A stretch of DNA of 64,000 bases from Octopus vulgaris (Eukaryota), in the NCBI GenBank assembly GCA_951406725.2, contig OX597832.1, forward strand, positions 41,726,001 to 41,790,000, written 5' to 3'. Position numbers and translations under genes: made by a program. Positions 38,515 to 51,983 of this stretch are shown piece by piece (within the stretch, counting starts at the first letter, position 1; each line of letters begins with the position of its first letter). The notes below the pieces were generated by a model. The model did no database searches, was not told the origin of the DNA, and saw only the letters and a list, made by a program, of their open reading frames with translations.

Positions 38515-38715
38515 CAAAATGTGACCGCGTGTGTGCCGTTGGCGATTTTTTCCTCTGTCTTCCCTTCTCTGGATCTTTCTTTCTCCTATGTTTCCGATGA
38601 AGAGCTCCGCTCGAAACATTAAACCCTCCTTCTTTCCTTCTTTCCTGAGCGTCCAATAACACTATACTTGTTCCACGTCCTCGTGTTGTGTTTTTTTTGT
38701 GCTTTCATGTTTGGA

Positions 38716-38720
<5 letters not shown>
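38515..38720 (+). mobile_element. Penelope-like non-autonomous element with hammerhead-like motif (38590-38624)
   Basis: GTTT-CCGATGA-A-GAGC-TCC-GCTC-GAAAC-ATT-AAAC, flanked by (TA)n on both sides. Confidence 0.65.
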
Positions 38721-38770
<50 letters not shown>

Positions 38771-39769
38771 TAATGCATATATATATGTGCATGCACACAC
38801 ACGCATGAGCACAAAATCTCCTGGCGTATGCTTATACAAGTTAGTTGTTACAGGCGAAAGAAAGAGAAAGAAACAATCAGAAAATAGTAGGAAGAAGAAG
38901 AAAAAGAAATGAAAGAAAGAGAATCAGAAAATTAGAGAGAAAATAAACAATTTAATTTGGAATGGAATATTCTCTCTATTTCTTTACCGCATGATAAAGA
39001 TAAACATTTCTGCTGGTTTTGTAATAACGAAATGTTTTATATTCTATTTCCAAAGAATCCCCTTGTAAAAACATTTATAGAATGTGTTTTTATCATTGCA
39101 AACATTGGCAGAAACATACCTTTAGTTCCTAGAAGTGATTTCTACCATTCTATATAATTTGACCTTTGGTTGTCTTTCTTTCATTTCACTTCCACTAAAT
39201 ATATCTAATTCCATTCCTTTAAGCTTTATTCTAATTCACCCATCGCTCTATATCTCCCCACTATTAGTTTTCTAATTTCTTTCCTTCTTCTCCTTCTCTT
39301 TCTATATCCTACCTTTGACATTATATCTACTAACAGTTTTTTTAAAAAAACTTAATAGCATTCCCTTCATGATCATACGCAGTCATCACATTCTGTTCAA
39401 ATGTCTTATTGATGTGTTTGGTATCTTTCTTTCCCTGATGAGAAGATTGCATTGTTTTACACCATTTTATTCCTTCTGGAATAATACCAATGTTGTCTTC
39501 TAAACATATGTTGGAAGTAAAAGAATTTGAACAACACCTGCGTTTAACTCCATATATTTATTTATCTAGATTATATAAAACATTTCACCTTAACCTGGAG
39601 TTTCTACTTTTATAAATAGGTTGTTACATCCTTGTTATTTGTGTGAACTTTTGCTACCCTTGTATCTGTTTATTTATTTTTTCCGTGTTATTTGTAAACA
39701 CAGAAAAAACACACATACACTTATATATATGTGTATATGTCTATATATGTATATATATATATTTTTTTT

Positions 39770-39936
39770 TACTTGTTTCAGTCATTTTAGTCGAGCAAAT
39801 CGACCCCAGGATTTATTCTTTGTAAGCCCAGTACTTATTCTATCAGTCTCTTTTGCCGAACCGCTAAGTGACAGGGATGTAAACACACCAGCATCGGTTG
39901 TCAAGCAACGCTAGGGGGACAAACACAGACACACAA

Positions 39937-39967
<31 letters not shown>

Positions 39968-40131
39968 CGACAGGCTTCTTTCAGTTTCTGTCTACCAAAT
40001 CCACTCACAAGGCTTTGGTTGGCCCGAGGGTATAGCAGAAGACACTTGCCCAAGGTGCCACGCAGTGGGACTGAACCCGGAACCGTGTGGTTGGTAAGCA
40101 GGTTACTTACCACACAGCCACTCCTGCGCCT
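39770..40131 (-). mobile_element. SINE family B
   Basis: Reverse-complement consensus match, head ...CACAGCCACTCCTGCGCCT. Confidence 0.88.
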
Positions 40132-40132
40132 A

Positions 40133-40375
40133 TATCATCATCATCATCATCCTCATTTAACGTCCGCTTTCCATGCTAGCATGGGTTGGACGGTTCAACT
40201 GGAGTCTGGGGAGCCCGAAGGCTGCACCAGGCCAGTCAGATCTGGCAGTGTTTCTACAGCTGGATGCCCTTCCTAACGCCAACCACTCCGAGAGTGTAGT
40301 GGGTGATTTTATGTGCCACCGACACAGGTGCCAGACGAGGCTGGCGAACGGCCACGCTCGGATGGTGTTTTTTAT

Positions 40376-40416
<41 letters not shown>

Positions 40417-40535
40417 AGGAGACCTATTGAGTCAAGTACATCAACATCAAAAAATCAAATGGAAATTGTAGTTGTGATACCTGTGCCAGTGGCACGTAAA
40501 AAGCACCATCCGAACGTGGCCGATGCTAGCGCCGG
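40133..40535. mobile_element. Two RTE 3' UTR pieces in opposite orientation around a (TA)n tract
   Basis: 40133-40378 is on the minus strand with a (CAT)n tail. 40415-40535 is on the plus strand and matches 20874-21000. Confidence 0.75.
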
Positions 40536-41399
40536 GTCATAGTGCTAATGGATGCATATACAGCTGCGTGCGTGCGCACATACGTGCGAGTACTGTCCAA
40601 ATCTCCGACCAATCACATACAGCTAGCTGGCATTCAATTGGCGTATCAAGTTTCAAGCATTTTGATTGGGTTTTGGATAGAAAATTCACAAAAAAGTCAC
40701 TTCTATTGATTTTTTTAATGGCTTTGCAGGGTGAGTTGGGAAATGTAAAGATGTGCACGACCACCCTTGGACGGTTTTGAATGACCATAGAAAGTGCGAG
40801 CCCGCTAACTGAAAAATTGTGGATTTGTATAAAGGACACGTAAGCAGACATTTTGCTGTTTATATGTAGAGAGAGATCAGCTTGCTTCGTTTCACTCTCA
40901 TTTTGTATATAACAATATTTAAATATATAACTGCATGTTATATATAAACAAAAAAGATACTTCTTTTGTTCAGTTTGCATCAAAAGGGTGACAATAATGT
41001 GAATGAGATGGGCTCAGTTTTTCACTACACATAAACATAAATAGGATAATGGTACTTAGGATGATATTGCGTTTAGTAATGACTACTAACTGTATTAAAA
41101 AATTCATCAAAGTGTGTATGTATATATATTAAAATTTATCAGCAGTATTTAAGTAGTAATTATTCATTGCTTTGAAAGTGCACGTTCTTTTAACATATTT
41201 CCATTTCATCTTAAAGCTCTACTTTACTTTATCCATTATTGATGTTCGAGCTTTATCTATGTTTCATGCCTTGCCAGCATTCTTCCCACATACATGTCAT
41301 ATGCATACTTATACATATACACTATAGGAATGTATGATGCAATGATGTCAAACCAATGTATAACATGCTATCTTAAAGATAGCAGGTTTGCCCTAGTAT

Positions 41400-42030
41400 A
41401 TATTTTAATGTCAGTCTTTCATGTTGGCATGGATTGGACAACAGGACCCAGTGAGCCAAAAGACTGAACTGAGTTCCAATGTTTGCTTTGGCATTGTTTC
41501 TATGGTTGATTAACCTTCCTAAAACCAACCACTTTACAGAGCATACTGGGTGCATTTTTGCTTTTTTTTTTTTTGTGACACCAGCACTAGTGAATTCAAC
41601 AAGTAACTCATGACAAGAACCATCAACTGAGTTAGCGGGTAGTATTGAGCGAGGTGACCTTATGCCAGGTGTCCAGCTGTAGAGAGGTTAAAGTATGATA
41701 GAGGGACAGGTACGGGTGCCTTGTAGAAGAGATACATGGCTACCCCAGCTGAAAGGAGAGAAAAGAAATGGTGTGATGAGGTCTCAGGGTGTATCCTCAA
41801 GATACAAGACAGTGAGTATAAATGAGAATAGGGACAGCGGATTGAAAGGATGGGTGGATAAGTAAGTTTGTGAAAGTCTGAAAGGATAATTATTAGAAGC
41901 TAAGAGATGAGGATAGCAGTGAATGCTGGAAATGAAGATCATGGGTGGAGGCATGATCAATGGTGAATATCAATTTGGGTGGAGGAAAAGTGGAGAAAAT
42001 AAATGTGGGTCCGGAAGGAAGAGGAAGCGA
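41400..42030 (-). mobile_element. Old RTE-related element with a long purine-rich body (related copy at 49400-50115)
   Basis: Both copies share the decayed RTE tail, then GTAGTATTGAG.GAGGTG.C.TT.TG..AGGTG...GAGAGGTTA.AGTATGA...AGAGGGA and GGTGG.TAAGT..GTGA. Confidence 0.6.
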
Positions 42031-43119
42031 CAATTGACAGTACATGTATGAGTGTGTGTGTGTGTGTGTGTGTTTGTGTGTTTGTTTGTGTTTGTTTGTG
42101 TGTGTGTGTGTGTGTGTATGTGTGTGCGTGTGTGTGTGTATGAGTGTGTGTGTGTAAATTTGTCATTAACAATGGAAGCAGTATTGGTTCAAAATAGCAG
42201 TCTGCATATTATACTTAAAGCAGATATATCATTAAAAGCTTGCTAAACTGCGGTATTAATCTCGAGAAAGCATCTTTTATAGACATACAGTATTAAAAAC
42301 ACTAAATTATGCATGCCAACAAAGTTTATAAATCTATGTATAAGTGAGTGAGTGTGTGTGTGTGTATACATACACACTCACACACACACACACACACATT
42401 GGGAGAGATGAAAGTAAGTACAGTTTTCATTTTGCATACAACTTCATCATTTTATGCATGTGATTTTGTAATATAACAGACGAAAAAGAAATTATTTCTG
42501 TATCGTTATCTTAATTATTAAACCAATTATTCAAGTAACTCATTTTTTTATGGCATCTGTAAGCAATTAGGATCAATTTATGCAGGAGACACTGATAGAA
42601 ATAAGTCCACTTAATTCTATCTTATATTACAATATTCTAATGAGATAAATTAATATTTTGCAGCAAAACCATTTGCTGTCATCATGACTCTGCATCTTTT
42701 AGACATTCTTTTACCAATTTTATACGATGTTCCAAGTTAAACATCTTCAAAGTCAAACTGACGATTGCAAACCAATGCTGCATGTTTTGGTAGATTTTGG
42801 TGCCAAACTTCACTTACAATAAGTATCTATGCAATTTATGTTTGGTAACTGGGTTGGCCAATCTATAAGGTTCCACTTTTTGGCAAGTGTAGCTATGTGG
42901 TTGAGAAGCTTGTTTTCCAAATATGTAATCTAAAGCTTGATATTGCAAGGCACTTTGGGCAAGTGTCTTGTAAAAAACCCTTACCAAAGCCTTGAGAATG
43001 GATTTGCTTAGATAGACACAGGAAAGAAACTCATAATATTTATAAGTGTGAATGTGTGTGTATTTGTGTGTGTGTGTGTGTGTGTGTTTCTCTGTACCTT
43101 TGTTTTGACATCATGTGAT

Positions 43120-43267
43120 GAGTAGTAAGAAGCTTGTTTACCAACCACATGGTTCTGGGTTCAGTCCCACTGCATGGCACTTTGGGCAAGTGACTTCTAC
43201 TATAGCCTCAGGCCAACCAAAGCCTTGTGAGTGTATTTGGTAGACGGAAACAGGAAGAAGCCAGTCG

Positions 43268-43318
<51 letters not shown>

Positions 43319-43539
43319 ATATGTATGTGTGTGTTTGTGTTTGTCCCCACCAACATCGCTTGACAACCGATGCTGGTGTGTTTACGTTCCCGTAACTTAG
43401 CAGTTCGGCAAAAAGAACCGATAGAATAAGTACTAGGCTTACAAAGAATAAGCTCTGGGATCGATTTGCTTGACTATAAAGGCGGTGCTCCAGCATGGCC
43501 GCAGTCAAATGACTGAAACAAGTAAAAGAGTAAAAGAGA
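43120..43539 (+). mobile_element. SINE family B
   Basis: Consensus match with an (AAAAGAGT)n tail. Confidence 0.88.
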
Positions 43540-43888
43540 CAAAAATCGTTTTGCACTAATCTTTAGCAGCCCAAGCGAAATACTTTTATACGAAGTCAAT
43601 TGTTTGCAACAAACTAAGAGAAGAGATTAGCATAACACTTCTAGTGACATCACCATTGAGTTTGCATTGATAAAAACAATGATGCAGAGTACTAATAAAA
43701 ATGATGGAGTTATGGAAGAAGATATTGGTAATTGTTTTTTCTCTTCATTTTTCTTTTTCTTTTCTTTTTCCTAGTGTCTTCCTATAAACGACAAATGACA
43801 AATTACTCTGTCCATGCAATCATCCATTTTCTGACTAGTTCCATGCGTTCAGATCAATTTGTATGATTGTGTGTATTTTTTCTCCAAG

Positions 43889-43988
43889 ACAAGCACTCAG
43901 CATTAGAGAAGAACTACATTCAATTTCCTTGGTGATATCACGGAAGAAAAGTTTTCAATTCCTCGACTTTACGATTATAGCCCAATTG
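43889..43988 (+). other. Candidate 100-bp spliced exon (host gene unknown)
   Basis: Acceptor TATTTTTTCTCCAAG| and donor TTG|GTAAGA. One frame is open throughout (QALSIREELHSISLVISRKKSFQFLDFTIIAQL). It lies in non-repetitive DNA; no homology recognised. Confidence 0.3.
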
Positions 43989-44351
43989 GTAAGACTTTGA
44001 AGATATCTTCCCCCCCCCACCCACCCACACATACATAATGATGCTGAAATTGAGGGAAAAAAAAACCATGAATGACATAGGAGTATTACGTTTTACAAAT
44101 CCAAAGTTTACAAGATTGGATTTGAAGAAAAATAAATCTGACATTTATTAAATCTGTATTCAGTGAGAATGGGTCATAATTGCCCATAGATAATCATGAA
44201 AATTCAGCCAGTTGCATAATTGGTTTAATAATAGAGGTAATAGTACTGAAGCAAGTCTTTCTTTCATTTGCTTCATTGCAAAATTGCATGCACAAAACAG
44301 CACAAAAGTTACAAACCAAAAAAACAAACTGTCCTTACTTTCACATCAACC

Positions 44352-44384
<33 letters not shown>

Positions 44385-44949
44385 ATGCACGTAAGTGAAC
44401 TTCAGGTTAGTTAAACTATTCTGTGAGATATTTTAATCTCCTAAGTTTAGCAAGACACACACATGCCCATACACACACACAGATCATGTATTTTGATGCC
44501 ATAACGATACATTCATGTTCTGATGATAAAAGCATGCCTTTGCTTCTCAATTACATGGTTTCAGGTTCAGTCCCATTGCATGATAGCTTGAGGAAGAGTC
44601 TTTTTTTTTTTTACCTCTAGTCTTGGAGCAACAAAATCTTTGTGAGTGGTTTTGGCAGATGGACACTGAAAGAAACCCATCATGCATGTGCATGTATGTA
44701 TATATATATACATGCACAATTAAATATAAATTAATAATTTTAAATTTTTAACTTTAAATTTAAATAATTTAAATTTTGAATTTTATATTTTATATATTTT
44801 GTATATTATATTAATCAATTTTATTTCTATGTTTTGGTTTATGTTTTTCACTGTTTGATTTTATCTCTAATTTAATTTATATTTATACTGTAAAATTAGA
44901 TTTAATCCTAAATCTAATTTTTCCCTGTAAGTTTGGATTTACTCCCTAA

Positions 44950-45017
<68 letters not shown>

Positions 45018-45033
45018 ATATATTATATGTGTA

Positions 45034-45094
<61 letters not shown>

Positions 45095-45277
45095 ATGTAT
45101 ATGTATAAAAGTAAATATAGGCAACCATGTGCAATATTTTACCAAAAATGAAAACTATAATTGTCACTAAATATGACTAGGGTGTTAGAAACACTGATAT
45201 AGAAATAAGAGCTAAAACGCTCTAATGCCGTAGTTAAACCACATAATTGCATATATATGTACTGACAGGGACTGTAA

Positions 45278-45439
45278 CTGCCCGAAAACACTTGGCTAAA
45301 CTGGCACAAACGCACAGGCGGGCAGCTGAAGACCTGGACAACGACGATAAAGGAGGACCTCTCCGAACACTCAGGTCCGCAGGTGGTCAGTCTGCACAGA
45401 TGGAACCGTGAATGGCTCGCTATCTCCAGTGAGATATAG
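45278..45439 (+). pseudogene. RTE-clade ORF2 C-terminal fragment (distinct subfamily)
   Basis: Translation NWHKRTGGQLKTWTTTIKEDLSEHSGPQVVSLHRWNREWLAISSE fits the W.KR.GGQ.KTW...K.DL...SGP.V.G..RW...W pattern. Confidence 0.7.
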
Positions 45440-46274
45440 AAATGGGGTTAAGTAAATGTCAGAAATTATTCATTAAGAAATAAAAGTGGAGAGGGAGTTA
45501 TAATGCCCCAGGAGCTATTTACTACTATTTGGCAAACAGATCTTGTATCAAGAAAACTATAAATAGAAAACCCCTTTTGTCTCCTTTGACTGAATGTGCC
45601 TCGCAACCTTCTAGCAGTTCAAAATAACTTATAGAACTCTTCAGTCATAAGATAAGCTCTACTACCTCAATGTTCTTAAAATTCAAATCAACATCTTTGT
45701 CTATATATCTACCTTCTCTATAATGTTATCCAATTAATTTGAAAATTATGTATTAATGGGAAACCTCTATTAATGGCTGATGATTGCTCAACATTTTAAA
45801 ACTGTTGTAATATTTACAATATTTAATAAAATGATGTAGCGTGAAACGATCGTACCAAATTACCAGAGATATTCTTGTTGCTTATTATATATATATATAT
45901 AAATATATATATATATACACACACACACACAAGGAATGTATTACTTCCATTAAGTGAGGAATATGTGTGCATATATGTATGAATGTCCACCCATGCAGAT
46001 GTATATATCATACTGTAGTATGTTATAATCAAGTAAAGCTTTTAAAAGTGGTGGGTGCTCCAGTATGGCCACAGTCCAATGGCTTAAACGAGAATGTTAT
46101 ATGCTTTTGAAGATTAGCTTTTTTTTTTTTAAAGACTTGATTCATGACTTCTACTTCTATCTTTTATGACAAAAAGCAGATGTAAGGTAAATTGGCCCTT
46201 TGATTAAATACCCATCAGTCATGGGTATTATTCCTAATAGTCATGGTGGACAGCCATATTATTGTGTTGTCTGA

Positions 46275-48020
46275 AAAGTCAGTTTGATTTATGGCTGCTG
46301 TTATAGAGAAAGAAATCAAGTCTAATGGTCTTCTGCAAAGACTTATTCAGTTTTTGTCTAATTTATGACTGACATTATAAAGAAATACTGCTTGCCTAGT
46401 GGTCACCTACAAAGTTTTATTCAGTCTCGGCTTGTCTATGGCAACCGTTATAAAGAAACAGTGCCATTCTGCTGACATCTGCAAAATTTTATTCAGTCTA
46501 GTCTAGTCTAAGGCAATCGTTATAAAGAAACAACGCCATTATAAAGAAGCAACAGGCGCAGGAGTGGCTGTGTGGTAAGTAGCTTGCTTACCAACCACAT
46601 GGTTCCGGGTTCAGTCCCACTGCATGGCACCTTGGGCAAGTGTCTTCTGCTATAGCCTCGGGCCGACCAAAGCCTTGTGAGTGGATTTGGTAGATGGAAA
46701 GCTGAAAGAAACCCGTCGTATTTATGTATATATATATGTGTATATATGTATGTATGTGTGTGTATGTTTGTGTGTCTGTGTTTGTCCCCCCAACATCGCT
46801 TGACAACCGATGCCAGTGTGTTTACGTCCCTGTAAGTTAGCAGTTCGGCAAAAGAGTCCGATAGAATAAGTACTGGGCTTACAAAAGAATAAGTCCTGGG
46901 GGTCGATTTGCTTCACTAAATGCGGTGCTCCAGCATGGCCGCAGTCAAATGACTGAAACAAGTAAAAGAGTAAAAGAGTAAAAGAGTAAAGAGAGTCTGG
47001 AGATGTCTGCTAAGTTTTAATCTACCCGGTCAAGTCTATAGCAGCTATTCTAATGGACTTTATTCTGTAGGTGGTCACCTGTAAAGCTTTATTCAGTTTC
47101 CTCTAACTTATTTCAGGCATTATTAAGGAATAAAGTTTGTCTAGCAGTTACATGCAAAGCTTTAGTTAGTCTGGTCTAGACTATGGCTACCGTTACAAAG
47201 AAACAAAGCCAGTCTGATCATCGTTTCATCATCATCATCATCATCGTTTAGCGTCCGCTTTCCATGCTAGCATGGGTTGGACGGTTCAACTGGGGTCTGG
47301 GAAACCAGGAGGCTGCACCAGGTCCAGTCTGATCTGGCAGTGTTTCTACAGCTGGATGCCCTTCCTAACGCCAACCACTCCATGAGTGTAGTGGGTGCTT
47401 TTTACGTGCCACCGGTACAGGTGCCAGACGAGTCTGGCAAACGGCCACGATTGGATGGTGCTTTTTATGTGCCACCGGCACGGGGGCCAGGCAAGGCTGG
47501 CAAACGGCCACGATCGGATGGTGCTTTTTATGTGCCACCGGCACGAGGCCAGTCGGGGCAGTGCTGACAACGGCCAAGACAGTGCTGGCACTGGCAACGT
47601 TTGCGAAGCATTATTCAGTTTGGTCTATTGTAAGATTACCATTATAATAAATTATAGGCCCGTCTGGTGGTCACCTACAAAGTATTCAGTTTGGACTACT
47701 CTATGCTAACTACTATATTGAATTGTAACCAGTCCAGTGACCATCTGCAAGGCCTTGTTCAGTTTTGTCTTATCTGTCTCTGGTAATCATCTGCAAATTC
47801 TTATTCAGTCTGATTCTAATCTAAAGCTGCCATTGTAAAGGAATGAAGCCAGTGCTACTGAAGTCTGAGAAATTTTATTCAGTTTGGCCTTGCCTATTGA
47901 TACCTTTATAAAGAAACAAAGCCAGTCAGTTGACCGTCTGTAAAGTCTCTTCCGTTTTGTCTAATCCATGACGGATACTGTTAATGAGTAAGGCTAGTCT
48001 TGAGGTTGTTTGTAAATGTT
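46275..48020. repeat. Degenerate ~73-bp tandem array interrupted by a family-B SINE (46553-46995) and an RTE tail (47227-47590)
   Basis: TTATTCAG-like anchor at 46343, 46417, 46489, 47089, 47162, 47611, 47682, 47755, 47801, 47875 and 47947. Confidence 0.8.
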
Positions 48021-48239
48021 TACTTGCGAATTGTACTAGAATTCTATAGAAAATTTTCATTTGTTGTATGAAAACTGTATATTCAATTAAATGATTAATT
48101 TGTACTTTTATGTGTGTATCAATGATTATAGCCGTATCTCCCTCCGTATACTTGAATACACCACGGCCACATGTTTATTTGCATAAATGCATACATTTAT
48201 AGAGATTCAGTATAATCGTGTGTACTTATATATGCAAAC

Positions 48240-48468
48240 GCGGCGAGCTGGCAGAAACGTTAGCACGCCGGGCGAAATGCGTAGCCGTATTTCGTCTGCC
48301 GCTACATTCTGAGTTCAAATTCCGCCGAGGTCGACTTTGCCTTTCATCCTTTCAGGGTCGATAAATTTAGTACCAGTTACGCACTGGGGTCGATGTAATC
48401 GACTTAATCCGTTTGTCTGTCCTTATTTGTCCCCTCTGTGTTTGGCCCCTTGTGGGTAGTAAAGAAAT
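48240..48468 (+). mobile_element. Full-length SINE family A
   Basis: TSD TATATATGCAAAC on both sides. Confidence 0.9.
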
Positions 48469-48973
48469 ATATATATGCAAACACATACAGACATGTGCAC
48501 ACATGCACACACACAAACACACACACACACACACACACACATGCACAAACAAACGAACACACGTGCTCACACATGCACTTAGACATAAGTTTTAACACAT
48601 AATTAAAAACATATACACATATACACATCTTTATATACTCATGCATACAGATAAATTACACAATAATTAGGTTTTGATACACACACACACATGAGCATTC
48701 ATAAAGTTACCGTGTTCATTACTTTTGCTAGAAAACAAGTTAAATATTTGGATATGTTTACTGCTTGTTAATTGAAGCAAACAAGAATTCTATGGAATGG
48801 ATGCGGGGTGAACAATAAGATGCTAGATATAATGGAATATAAATGTGAATACATGTATGTAGGTATAAGTATCTTTCCATGGGTCTTAACTTTCTATCTA
48901 TTTTCTATCTATATACATGCACACATACACAGCTATCTATCACTTTGTGTGGATGTGCGCAAGCATGTGTGAG

Positions 48974-49041
<68 letters not shown>

Positions 49042-49044
49042 GGT

Positions 49045-49395
49045 GAAGGCACATATAAAGGCACATGACTCAATGGTTAAAGCGTCAGGCTCTTAATAAT
49101 GAGGTAGTGAGTTCAATTCCTGGACCGGGCTGTGTGTTGTGTTCTTGAGCAAGACACTTTATTTCATGTTGCTCCAGTCCACTCAGCTACAGAAATGAGT
49201 TGCGACATCACTGGTGCCAAGCTGTATGAGCCCCTTTGCCTTTCCCTTGGATAACATCAGTGGCATGAAGAGGGGAGACAGGTATGCATGGGCAACTGCT
49301 GGTCTTCCATAAACAACCTTGCCCGGACTTGTGCCTCAGAGAGTAACTTTCTAGGTGCAATCCCATGGTCATTCATGACCGAAGGGGTCTTTATG
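49045..49395 (+). mobile_element. Full-length tRNA-derived SINE family C
   Basis: Head TGACTCAATGGTTAAAGCG...GAGTTCAATTCC and core TGTGTTCTTGAGCAAGACACTTTA. Fragments at 5237-5474 and 62600-62730. Confidence 0.8.
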
Positions 49396-50596
49396 TATGT
49401 ATCATCATCATCATTTAATGTCCTCCTTCCATGCTGGCAGGAATTGGACAGTTCGACAGGAGTTAGCAAATCAGAAAACTGCTCCAAGCTTTATTGTCTG
49501 CTTTGGCATGTTTTCTTCAGCTGGAAGCCCTTCCTAATGCCAACCCCTTTATAAAGTACACTGAGTGGTTTTTATGTGGTACCAGTAGCAGTGGGGTCAC
49601 CTCATAACTTACATGACAAAACTCCACAACTGAAGGAAGAGTAGTATTGAGGGAGGTGGCTTTGTGTTAGGTGATGAGAGGTTAGAGTATGAGTAGAGGG
49701 ATAGATATAGGTGTCTTGAAGTAAAGGAGATGCATGGCTATCTAAGTTGGAGGGAAACAGAGCGAGGGAGAGCGGAGGGAGAGCGGAGGGAGAGAAAAAC
49801 TGTGAAGATGTCACTAAGGATTGCGAACGGTAAGTGGGTGGGTAAGTTTGTGAGATTGCCAAAGGAGAGTGAGAGATATACGTACACATATTTACACTTA
49901 GACAAACACATACATATGTGTGGTGTTAGCGGTGTTATGGGCTGTGATGAGCTATGTGGTGTTGGTGGAGAGGATGACAGATGAGGTGGGCGGAAGTAAG
50001 GCTTGCAGGGGCCGGCGGAAGAGTGAAAGGTGCATGCATGGGCAGGAAGCACGTGTGGTCAGTTCCAGCAAAGAGGGCAGAGCGACAAGACGTGTTGAAT
50101 TTGTGAAAGAGTGACCACTGATTTCGCCGAGGTAAGGCCTTTTTGTATTTCTTCCTCCCGTTGCTTCTTTTTCTGTTGTCCGTTTCCTCCATCACACTAC
50201 AACATATATACGTACATAAATACACACATAGGTGTGTGTGTGTGTGTAAATTTGTATGTGTACACATGTATGTATGTGTGTGTGTGTGTGGTTACAAGTA
50301 TGTTTGTGCAACTTTTGTTGTCCAGAATATTTTGCGTTCATTATCTCAGGATATTGAATGGAAGCTACCAAACAAAACAAAAGAGATAAAAGAGAAAGAG
50401 GTTATCCATGATTGTGTATTGGGAATCTGTTATTGAATATGATATATGATATTGTAAATATATCTCCCACAAGTCAAATACCTACATTAATGCGTGTGTG
50501 TGCATGCGTGCTTTTGCGTGTGTGCTTTTGCGTGTGTGTGTGCGTGCTTTTGCGTGTGTGTATGTGTGTGCTTTTGTGTGTGTGTGTGTGTGTGTG

Positions 50597-50631
<35 letters not shown>

Positions 50632-50794
50632 ATGTGTGTGTGCTTTTGCATGTGTATGTGTGTGTGTGGAGAAAGATACAGTGAAACAAAGCGAAAGAGT
50701 CTTAGTATATATTGATACAAAAGATAGATGCAGATGAATCACAAGTCAGTGTCATACGCATACAAATACAACAAACACAGACATACAAGCACAC

Positions 50795-51062
50795 ACATAC
50801 ACACCAAACACATACACACCACACACATACACACCACACACATACACACCACACACATACACACCACACACATACACACCACACACATACACACCACACA
50901 CATACACACCACACACATACACACCACACACATACACACCACACACATACACACCACACACATACACACCACACACATACACACCACACACATACACACC
51001 ACACACATACACACCAAACACACACACCACACACATACACACCACACACATACACACCACAC
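50795..51062. repeat. Homogeneous 15-bp minisatellite (CACCACACACATACA)n
   Basis: Directly visible. It gives the (HHTHT)n ORF. Confidence 0.95.
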
Positions 51063-51519
51063 AATCGTCCATCATATTTATATATAAGGCAGCATAAATG
51101 ACATTATATGGTGAATTGGCATATTACAGATTGCTAAACCAAATACATAACTAAAAGGGATGTGTGTCTCTTTGTTGTACATCAATATATTGCAGACAAC
51201 AAGAACCGCAATTTTGAGTGCAAACTTATTCTGCATGCAAGTGCAATGGTGTAATAATGCATTTATATGTCGTCAGAGATGCAGCGATATATATTGCCAG
51301 CTGCATTTATTTGCTTTTATTCTATTTTATATTGTAATTTGGGACCGACAGTGTGTCTCAGTTGGAAGCAGTCCAATTACTGGTTCACGGATAAATAAGA
51401 CTTACAAAGAGGTATCTGTGTAACTTGGGGGAAATAAATACCAGAAGGCACTTTTTTTTTATCAATGCAACATTTTAACAGCAGTTTTTTTTCACTGATG
51501 TACATTGATGTATTTACAT

Positions 51520-51983
51520 TGGTGAGCTGGCAGAATTGTTAGCACGCTGGGCAAAATGTGTAGCCGTATTTCGTCTGCCGTTACATTCAGAGTTCAAATT
51601 CCGCCGAGGTCGACTTTACCTTTCATCCTTTCGGGGTCAATTAAATAAGCACCAGTTACGCACTGGGGTCGATGTAATCAATTTAATCCGTTTGTCTGTC
51701 CTTGTTTCTCCCCTCTGTGTTTAGCCCCTTGTGGGTAGTAAAGAAATATATATTGGCGAGCTGGCAGAATCGTTAGCACGCCGGGCGAAATGCGTAGCCG
51801 TATTTTGTCTGCCGTTACGTTCGGAGTTAAAATTCTGCCGAGGTCGACTTTGCCTTTCATCCTTTCGGGGGTCGATAAATTAAGTACCAGTTACGCACTG
51901 GGGTCGATGTAATCGACTTAATCCCTTTGTCTGTCCTTGTTTCTCCCCTCTGTGTGTAGCCCCTTGTGGGTAATAAAGAAATA
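51520..51983 (+). mobile_element. Two tandem family-A SINEs, each with its own head
   Basis: Heads at ~51521 and ~51755. Confidence 0.88.

Noticed and set aside
46275-48020. 24-aa (LRR-like) coding repeat or tRNA array
   Set aside because: The period varies from 71 to 74 bp, there is no long ORF, and I see no A/B boxes or cloverleaf.
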